Positions 1 through 6,954 of a stretch of 6,954 bases of DNA are shown piece by piece. This DNA comes from Octopus sinensis. Its lineage: Eukaryota. The notes below the pieces were generated by a model. It made no database searches. It was not told the DNA's origin and worked only from the letters and a program-made list of their open reading frames with translations. Numbering within the stretch: the first letter of the stretch is position 1; every line of letters starts with the position of its first letter. Made by a program: the position numbers and the translations under genes. The DNA lies in NCBI RefSeq assembly GCF_006345805.1, contig NW_021829126.1, positions 1 through 6,954 on the forward strand. Direction: 5' to 3'.

Positions 1-196
1 AGGCGTAGGACCGGACAAAAATTAAGGCCTTTGCTCTTTCTATAAATTCATTCTTCACATTACCTTGTACGTCATAATATCGTTGTTATATCAGAAGACT
101 AAACGCTCGAGTTAGAAGAAGGATGCTGTATTATGAATAAGGGGTCAGTTGGTTGCATCTCGTTGTTGCATCCAATATATATACCATGCGCAAAAC

Positions 197-720
<524 letters not shown>

Positions 721-1046
721 TTCTATTACTGATGCGTCTAACTTCCATACTTTAGTCGTACTTACAGCACTTGTTGAATTTATCGTCCTTGTACAACACT
801 TATATTACGTATTTCTCAAATAGAGCAATGAGACAAAGAAGGAGCCACTATGATGGATTCTCGAATTGCTAGAAATAACAGCGAAACTTATAACAAACAA
901 TAATCTACGATCTTAGGGTCAAGAAATGAAAGACAAAATGAATTATACTGTGTTAGGGGTAGAGAGCCGGGCACGATGACAAAAGAGGTTACAGTGGGAA
1001 TACACCTGATCAAAAATTTCTTTGATTGTTGTTTAACTGAGGATAA

Positions 1047-1122
1047 ACAACAATGACAGCAACAACAACAACAACAACAACAATAACAACAAAAACGGCA
1101 GCAGCAACGACAACAACAATAT
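1047..1122. repeat. Imperfect (CAA)n/(CAG)n microsatellite
   Basis: ACAACAACAACA runs with CAG/CGA variants. Confidence 0.92.
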
Positions 1123-1208
1123 AAACACGACATCAAATTTTAATTCTTTCTTCTTTAACTCTCTTTAATTGCAATTTCCTTCCGTTTTCCAGGAAAAATG
1201 TTGAGCCC

Positions 1209-1433
1209 TTATATATACGTGTATATGTATCCTCGTGTGATGTGAGTGTGAATATCTTGTATTTGCACACACACACACACAATCACGCACAAACACACAC
1301 ACACATACAAAAACATAAGTATATGAATATGTGTACGTGTGTTGTGTGAGCGCGTGTGTATGCCAGCATATATATCTATACGTATGTTTGTTTGAGCATA
1401 TCTATGTGTAATTGTGTATATGTACATACATAT
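1209..1433. repeat. Degenerate (CA)n/(TG)n/(TA)n dinucleotide region
   Basis: CA runs at ~1266-1308 followed by TG/TA-rich degenerate tracts. Confidence 0.8.
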
Positions 1434-1813
1434 ACTCTCTTTTACTCTCTTTTACGTGTTTCAGTCATTTGACTGCGGCCATGCTGGAGCACCACCTTTA
1501 GTCGATCAAATCGACCCCGGGACTTATTCTTTGTAAGCCCAGTACTTATTCTATCGGTCTCTTTTGCAGAACCGCTAAGTGACGGGGACATAAACACACC
1601 AGCATCGGTTGTCAAGCAATGCTAGGGGGACAAACACAGACACACAATCAAACACACACACACACACACACACACATACATATATATTTATACATATATA
1701 CGACAGCCTTCTTTCAGTTTCCGTCTACCAAATCCACTCACAAGCAGTGGGACTGAACCTGCAACCATGTGGTTGGTTAGCAAGCTACTTACCACACAGC
1801 CACTCCTGCGCCT
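1434..1813 (-). mobile_element. tRNA-derived SINE (family A) with internal (TA)/(TG) microsatellite and internal deletion
   Basis: Minus strand: A-box-like TGGCTGTGTGG (1802-1792), B-box-like GGTTCAGTCCC (1759-1749), internal microsatellite ~1640-1700, 3' end GGTGCTCCAGCATGGCCGCAGTCAAATGACTGAAAC and tail (AAAAGAGAGT)x2. Homologous pieces occur at 1940-2074 and 3552-3657. Confidence 0.88.
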
Positions 1814-1939
1814 ATATATATTATATATAAATTTTAAACGTCATTCGTGTTTTCTATTTTATATTATATATGCATATACTATATATAACTTACATATGAA
1901 TGCATAGATTATGCATGTATATATATATTTATATATATT

Positions 1940-2074
1940 CCTTTATTCATTTACCTGTTTTAGTCATTGGACTGCGGCCATGCTGGACCACCGCCTCTAG
2001 TCGAATCTCTGAGTAACGGGGACGTAAACACACCAGCAGCGGTTGTCAAGCGAGGGGAAGCAGACACACACACA
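1940..2074 (-). mobile_element. SINE family A, 3' half with ~65-nt internal deletion
   Basis: Aligns by eye to 1456-1645 (AGTCATT.GACTGCGGCCATGCTGGA; ACGGGGAC.TAAACACACCAGCA.CGGTTGTCAAGC). Segment 1506-1574 is replaced by 4 nt at 2005-2008. Confidence 0.88.
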
Positions 2075-2079
2075 ATATA

Positions 2080-2136
<57 letters not shown>

Positions 2137-2179
2137 ATATATATATGTATGTGGGTGTGTGTGTGTGTGTGTGTGTGTG
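2075..2179. repeat. (TA)n then (TG)n microsatellite
   Basis: Read directly. Confidence 0.97.
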
Positions 2180-2180
2180 A

Positions 2181-2489
2181 GGCAAAATGGCCCAGTGGTT
2201 AGGGCAGCGGAGTCGCGGTCGTGGGATCGCGGTTTCGATTCCCAGACCGGGCATTGTGAGTGTTTATTGAGCGAAAACACCTAAAAGCTCCACGAGACTC
2301 CGGCAGGGGTTGGTGGCGATCCCTGCTGTACTCTTTCGCCACAACTTTCTCTCACTCTTTCGTCTGTTGGCCTGCTCGCTTAGCCAGCGGGGTGGCGTCA
2401 TGTGAAGGCTAAAAAAAAACAATGCTAAGCTCATTGTGACCAGCGATGTGTGGCAACATCTGATAGCCTGTTCGGAAAACGAAAAAAAA
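2181..2489 (+). mobile_element. tRNA-derived SINE (family B), apparently full length
   Basis: A-box TGGCCCAGTGG (2188-2198), B-box-like GGTTTCGATTCC (2231-2242), ~230-nt tRNA-unrelated body, A-rich end at 2482-2489, no CCA-type tRNA end. Confidence 0.85.
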
Positions 2490-2538
2490 TGTATATATAT
2501 AAATATATATATATATATATAATATTATATATATATAT

Positions 2539-2595
<57 letters not shown>

Positions 2596-2600
2596 ATATT
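2490..2600. repeat. (TA)n microsatellite
   Basis: Read directly. Confidence 0.97.
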
Positions 2601-2880
2601 ATAATAACAAAAGGGTAAAATTATTAATTAATTTCACCAAGTAGTTTTCAGTATGTAAAAGGACCATTCAAGGTATATTTAAAATATTACGTTATATAAT
2701 TAGGGCTCGGTAAAATAATTTACTTTACCACACACTGAAACTTTTAGAAATAGCAGCCAAAATGTTTTTTTAGCCATTTCTTCTACTATAAGAAAAATCT
2801 CCCATACAGGGTTTACTCAAAAATAATTCACGTATATATGGAGGGAAAAATAACAAAATATCACATGTACAAAGATCATA

Positions 2881-2941
2881 TGAGAACGTTACGTTTCTGG
2901 ATTAGTTGAATTTGAAACTCAACATTTCCTTAGTCAGCTCA
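2881..2941 (-). ncRNA. Type I hammerhead-like motif, core-mutated copy (CUGACUA)
   Basis: Reverse complement reads TGAG CTGACTA A GGA AAT GTTGAGTT TCA AATTCAAC TAA TCC A GAAA CG TAA CG TT CTCA. The conserved G8 is replaced by U (position 2932). Confidence 0.5.
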
Positions 2942-3302
2942 ACATTTCTTAATTTGGATTTGAAAGCACTAAAAATAGAACATACCCGTCTGATATGAGT
3001 AATCTCAGACAAAGCATCTTCAACTGCAGTACTAACAAATTCAAAAGTACGAATTAATAATTAATTAATTTTACCCTTTTATTATTGTTAATACAATTTC
3101 TCTCCCCCTGTTTTTACTATGGTTCTCACCGTTAAAATTTGTGTACTCTATAACTCACGTGGATGGAAGCGGGAGAAGTTCAAGACCTCATTCGTACTTT
3201 TGAATTTGTTAGTACTGCAGTTGAAGATGCTTTGTCTGAGATTACTCATATCAGACGGGTATGTTCGATTTTTAGTGCTTTCAAATCCAAATTAAGAAAT
3301 GT

Positions 3303-3363
3303 TGAGCTGACGAAGAAAATGTTGAGTTTCAAATTCAACTAATCCAGAAACGTAACGTTCTCA
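3303..3363 (+). ncRNA. Type I hammerhead ribozyme-like motif
   Basis: Stem I TGAG(3303-06)/CTCA(3360-63); CTGACGA at 3307-3313; stem II hairpin GTTGAGTT/AATTCAAC; GAAA at 3347-3350; stem III ACG-TAA-CGT; putative GUU cleavage triplet at 3357-3359. Extra A's flanking stem II are non-canonical. Confidence 0.62.
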
Positions 3364-3551
3364 TATGATCTTTGTACATGTGATATTTTTCCCTCCATAT
3401 CTACGTGAATTATTTTTGAGTAAACACTGTATGGGAGATTTTTCTTATAGTAGAAGAAATGGCTAAAAAAACTTTTTGGCTGCTATTTCTAAAAGTTTCA
3501 GTGTGTGGTAAAGTAAATTATTTTACCGAGCCCTAATTATATAACGTTATT

Positions 3552-3657
3552 TATATATATACCACGGGTTTCTTTCATTTTCCGTTTACCAAATTCACTG
3601 ACAAGACTTTGGTCGGCCTAAGGATATAGTAGAAGACACTTGCCCAAGATGCCAACG
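3552..3657 (-). mobile_element. SINE family A, central/5' fragment
   Basis: 3561-3605 aligns to 1700-1745. It continues with ACTTTGGTCGGCC...GACACTTGCCCAAGATGCCA (minus strand CTTGGGCAAGTGTCTT, reminiscent of the CORE-SINE domain), which copy 1434-1813 lacks. Confidence 0.82.
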
Positions 3658-3804
3658 TCGGAGGATGTAGGTTCAATTGATCTGTTAACAGAGTAAATTG
3701 CTCCTGAAATATCGCGTAAATGGCTGAGCATGCTACAAACACATGGGTACTTAACACAATCAGTCGAAAATAATCAGCGCAGTACATTGTGTAAATGTAT
3801 TGTG

Positions 3805-4009
3805 TCCTACTATAAGCACAAGGCCTGAAATTTGGCGGGAGGAGGCCAGTCGATTAGATCTACCCAGTACACAACTGGTACTTAATTTATCGTACTCGAA
3901 AGCATGAAAAGCAAAGTCGATCTGGGCGAAATTTGAACTCAGAACGTAAAGACAGACGAAATAACCGCTAAACATTTCGCCCGGCGTGCTGACGTTTCTG
4001 CCAGCTTGC
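3805..4009 (-). mobile_element. tRNA-derived SINE (family C)
   Basis: Minus strand starts GCAAGCTGGCAGAAACGTCAGCACGCCGGGCG; B-box-like GAGTTCAAATT (3940-3930); central CTTTTCATGCTTTCGAGTACGATAAATTAAGTACCAG...GATCTAATCGACT; 3' end GGCCTTGTGCTTATAGTAG. Confidence 0.82.
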
Positions 4010-4153
4010 AGACTTGGTGTGTATGCGAAAATATTGCACGTTTCGAAGTACAAGTAGGAAACCTCCTGCACGCTTCTCCGCGGATTCTTTCGACCTATTT
4101 CCCTTCACAATGTATGGATGAATTCGAGAATATAGAAAACGGCATTTACACAA

Positions 4154-4827
4154 TCCGGTCAGGGATTCAAGTATTTAACATCAAAATTTCCCCCACTGAG
4201 CGGCGCTTGAATAAAAAGAAGTCTTCATTGGTTCTCAGATTCGAAAGCTTCTTAAAGATGGTGACTTTGAATCAGCCCTTCATAAGGATGAGAAAGCTGC
4301 TTGAGAAGCATTCGAGTTAGAAGCGAGGGGATTTCTCGGAAACAGAAAAGAAGGAAATTATGAAGAATTGGTGGAAAGCTTCATCAAGGCTTACAAGGAC
4401 ATGGGATGTAACATGTCACTTAAAATCCACTTTTGGACTCACATTTAGACTTTTTTCCAGCGAACTGTGGGGCAGTTAGTGACGAACGTGCTCAAGGGTT
4501 TCACCAAGATATTTAAACCTCGGACAAGCGTTACCAGGGCAAATCAAAGAAAAGTGATGCTTGCTTGGCATTGGCAAGAGATTACTCTTCTGCCCTCCAT
4601 AAGGGTCAAGCAAAATGGCTGAGAGTAGATACAGACTAGAGCTTTAAACATAATGACACTTATTGTATGTTGTAATAAAATAATCAAATATTACATGTCG
4701 TGTATCGCTAAGCCTGTAGCTAATAAGCGTTTTCAAGGTGATATTTGGATTCAGGACATGAAAATACATAAGAATTAACAAATCCCATTTAAGAAGCACA
4801 CGACTTTTTAGAAGTTGTTGACCAGTG
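4154..4827 (+). mobile_element. 3' remnant of Chapaev3-like (CMC superfamily) DNA transposon with pseudogenised transposase
   Basis: Frame-stitched translation of 4154-~4615: SGQGFKYLTSKFPPLSGA*IK/EVFIGSQIRKLLKDGDFESALHKDEKAA*EAFELEARGFLGNRKEGNYEELVESFIKAYKDMGCNMSLKIHF/LDSHLDFFPANCGAVSDERAQGFHQDI*TSDKRYQGK. It matches the recalled motif MSLKIHFLHSHLDFFPENLGAVSDEHGERFHQDI. Stops at 4208, 4302 and 4514; frameshifts at ~4217 and ~4432. Putative right terminus TTGTTGACCAGTG ends at 4827. The subfamily name is from memory. Confidence 0.8.
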
Positions 4828-5257
4828 TAACCAGTTAAATATATGATTAGATTATCATAATTTTAGCACTTATCAATGAATATCTGCTCAATCGGGGCTG
4901 ACCATGGGCTAAAAATACAGTAACTCGCTAGTAACTCGGAACATTGACAGGGCCACTGGCATGCTGCTGCTATGTTACTCGATCTCATGCTAGTTTCGGT
5001 GTTGGTTGGGGGCAGCACACTAAACCGATTCTTTTACAGATAAAAAAGCCTTAGCGCAACCCACTCAGCTGTTGTTCCAGATACATCATTACTGCAGGAC
5101 AATGTGGAACATTTGGATAATGTTTTTCGTATGGCGTCTTTCACGTCTCCAAATTTACATTGGAAGTCCAATTGTTATACGTCTCACAAACTTCTTGGAT
5201 CGTTTCACATAACCTTGGAATCGAAGTAGCGGGACAGTGCTAAACGTGGTGGTGTTT

Positions 5258-5518
5258 CTACTGTAGAAACTTCTGATAAGCTTCTGATATGCCCCTTGTC
5301 ACTTGTTTTCTCCTTTCGGCATTGTCGAATTCCATCCGACAAATTCCGAAGCACAGGGTCATAATGCATTGTGTTATAACCAACCACGATATTAATACAG
5401 ATAAACATATCGAAAGAGTCATTACTTCATGAGAGACATAAATCAATAGGTCTACATGGGAGAGATAAGCCAATTTTCTTTCATATTCTAGTATGGATAC
5501 TATTGGCGGAGCGAAAAT
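5258..5518 (-). CDS. Candidate exon, unidentified protein with a hydrophobic (possibly transmembrane) segment
   Basis: Acceptor AATTTCAG at 5526-5519. Only the phase-0 frame stays open: 86 aa, IFAPPIVSILEYERKLAYLSHVDLL...LSICLSVLISWLVITQCIMTLCFGICRM...KFLQ*. An alternative donor GAA|GTAATG would end the exon at 5426. No homology recognised. Confidence 0.3.
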   Translation of the reverse strand: MFAPPIVSILEYERKLAYLSHVDLLIYVSHEVMTLSICLSVLISWLVITQCIMTLCFGICRMEFDNAERRKQVTRGISEAYQKFLQ

Positions 5519-5539
5519 CTGAAATTCCATCAAACTAAA

Positions 5540-5740
<201 letters not shown>

Positions 5741-6143
5741 AGAGCAGCGCATGCCTTCAAAGTGACACTGGGGTAAAATATACGAAGCCCAGTATACCCA
5801 TCATGACTAACCGTCTGATAAGGGTTATACCAAGCACATGCATCACAACCATATGTGCGAAATGGTCATCTTATATCAAGATAAACAGCGCATGTCCTTG
5901 CAAGTGGGCCTAGTTAGAATTTTCTCTTCAGATCGAGTAGTCTATCCTACTAAGAGGTCGCTGAATAAGGGTTGTTTAAGGATGTTGTACGAAACACTCA
6001 TGTTTCCAGAGGTGAATTATCCAAACCCCAAAGAATTCCTCTCAACATATGGCTATGATGCTCCCCCACTTCTTCTGCTCGTGAAGGACATGCTCAGCTG
6101 GTTAAGGTCAAACAACTGACAAGCAAATCTGTGGTACTGAGCA
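5741..6143 (-). mobile_element. Interspersed repeat fragment, probable SINE or LINE 3' region
   Basis: A ~400-bp higher-GC block between microsatellites. It resembles a recalled abundant octopus repeat (ATTTTACCCCAGTGTCACTTTGA..GCATGCGCTGCTCT at the minus-strand 3' end). There is no second copy in the window to verify this. Confidence 0.55.
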
Positions 6144-6176
6144 CGACAAAAAATGTACGCGATAATGTAAGTTTTA

Positions 6177-6360
6177 TGTATGTATGTATGTATGTATGTA
6201 TGTATGTATGTATGTATGTATGTATGTATGTATGTATGTCTGGTATGTAAGTATGTATGTATGTATGCATGTATGTATGTATGTACGTGTGTATGTATGT
6301 ATGTATGTATGTAGGCATGTATGCATGTATGTAAATATGAATGAATGGATGGATATATAC
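6177..6360. repeat. (TATG)n tetranucleotide microsatellite
   Basis: Near-perfect TATG run 6177-6238, degenerating afterwards; explains the YIHT/MYVC ORFs. Confidence 0.97.
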
Positions 6361-6562
6361 ATGCTAATATAAAATTCATTTTTAACGTTTGAACTCGAAA
6401 TAAACAAATCCGTAAGTAATACTCGGTTCAAAAACTTTGTAGATGGAAGAAGTCGAAGGCTGACGTGGGACTCGGATCCACACCAATAAACCTCGAGTTC
6501 AACCCTTAATAGCAAATTATTTCACGCTCACACGAAGTTCCTAAATTTATATAAATATGCAC

Positions 6563-6578
6563 GTGTGTGTGTATGTGT

Positions 6579-6661
<83 letters not shown>

Positions 6662-6674
6662 TGTGTGTGTGTGT
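6563..6674. repeat. (TG)n microsatellite with TA interruptions
   Basis: Read directly. Confidence 0.97.
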
Positions 6675-6773
6675 ACTGAAATATATTTTCGACGAGAAGG
6701 CCAAAGACGAAAAAAAAAAAAAATTCGGTGCTCTCAAATAAAAATACCGTTTGACATTTTGTTCCACTCTTAC

Positions 6774-6832
6774 TTGCACCGGCAAAATTTCGAAACTGTT
6801 GCCGTCAGAAATACAATGCACTAATGAGTAAC
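6774..6832 (-). CDS. Candidate 59-nt internal coding exon, (G)YSLVHCISDGNSFEILPVQ
   Basis: On the minus strand a long T-rich tract (6954-6850) leads to acceptor TCTCTCACAG|G; the donor is CAA|GTAAGA (GT at 6773-6772). Only one of three frames is stop-free (phase 1 in, phase 0 out). Confidence 0.5.
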
Positions 6833-6954
6833 CTGTGAGAGACATATAAGCACCGATACAATTATTCAGAAATTACAACAAAAACTAAACTAGTACAACA
6901 ACAAAAAGAAAACGAAACAAAAGGCGAAAATAAAAGAAATGGCTACAATTAAAA

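Larger units (their letters stand above)
2601..3547. mobile_element. Inverted-repeat element with hammerhead motifs (Penelope-like pseudo-LTR / retrozyme-like)
   Basis: Left arm 2689-3054 (366 bp) is the reverse complement of right arm 3190-3547 (358 bp), with 6 substitutions and one 8-nt indel; spacer 135 bp. A second short inverted pair links 2601-2634 and ~3053-3088. The PLE/retrozyme assignment is inferred from the hammerhead motif. Confidence 0.7.

Noticed and set aside
2181-2255. Possible tRNA gene
   Set aside because: The A and B boxes are present, but the acceptor stem and cloverleaf are degenerate and the sequence continues into a SINE body and A-tail.
2601-3088. MITE with ~30-bp TIRs inserted in TA
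   Set aside because: Not excluded, but it does not explain the adjacent Y-Z duplicate. One inversion of a permuted unit explains the whole structure more simply.
3700-3760. Short piece resembling another octopus repeat (AAATGGCTGAGCATGCTACAAACACATG)
   Set aside because: Too short and diverged; the similarity is only from memory.
4006-4320. 104-aa plus-strand ORF
   Set aside because: It reads the transposase remnant in the wrong frames and is not a gene.
4950-5260. GPCR TM6-like text RRERRHTKNIIQMFHIVL on the minus strand
   Set aside because: Flanked by several in-frame stops, with no other GPCR motifs; probably chance.
5254-5270. TTTCTACTGTAGA resembling a Cas12a direct repeat
   Set aside because: Single occurrence in eukaryotic DNA, with no array, spacers or cas genes.
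5810-5819. CCGTCTGATA shared with the inverted-repeat arm (~2986-2995)
   Set aside because: Only 10 nt with unrelated flanks; compatible with chance.
6389-6502. 10-bp inverted repeat TTGAACTCGA/TCGAGTTCAA
   Set aside because: Does not extend, has no TSD, and is expected by chance in 7 kb of AT-rich DNA.
5838-6824. ORFs 5838-6119, 6053-6379, 6094-6318, 6174-6515, 6184-6372 and 6567-6824
   Set aside because: Derived from the interspersed repeat or from (TATG)n/(TG)n tracts.

Overview
Eukaryotic, AT-rich, microsatellite-saturated DNA. The repeat families look like those of Octopus/coleoid genomes (recalled, not database-checked). No complete gene is present, and nearly all supplied ORFs are artefacts of simple repeats or transposons. 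The window holds several tRNA-derived SINE copies, one apparently split by nested insertions, and a decayed 3' remnant of a Chapaev3-like (CMC) DNA transposon. Two phase-compatible candidate exons suggest an unidentified minus-strand gene. The most notable object is a ~950-bp element (2601-3547) with ~360-bp, ~98% identical inverted arms. Each arm carries a type I hammerhead-ribozyme-like motif with a palindromic stem III, an architecture resembling Penelope-like pseudo-LTRs or retrozymes.
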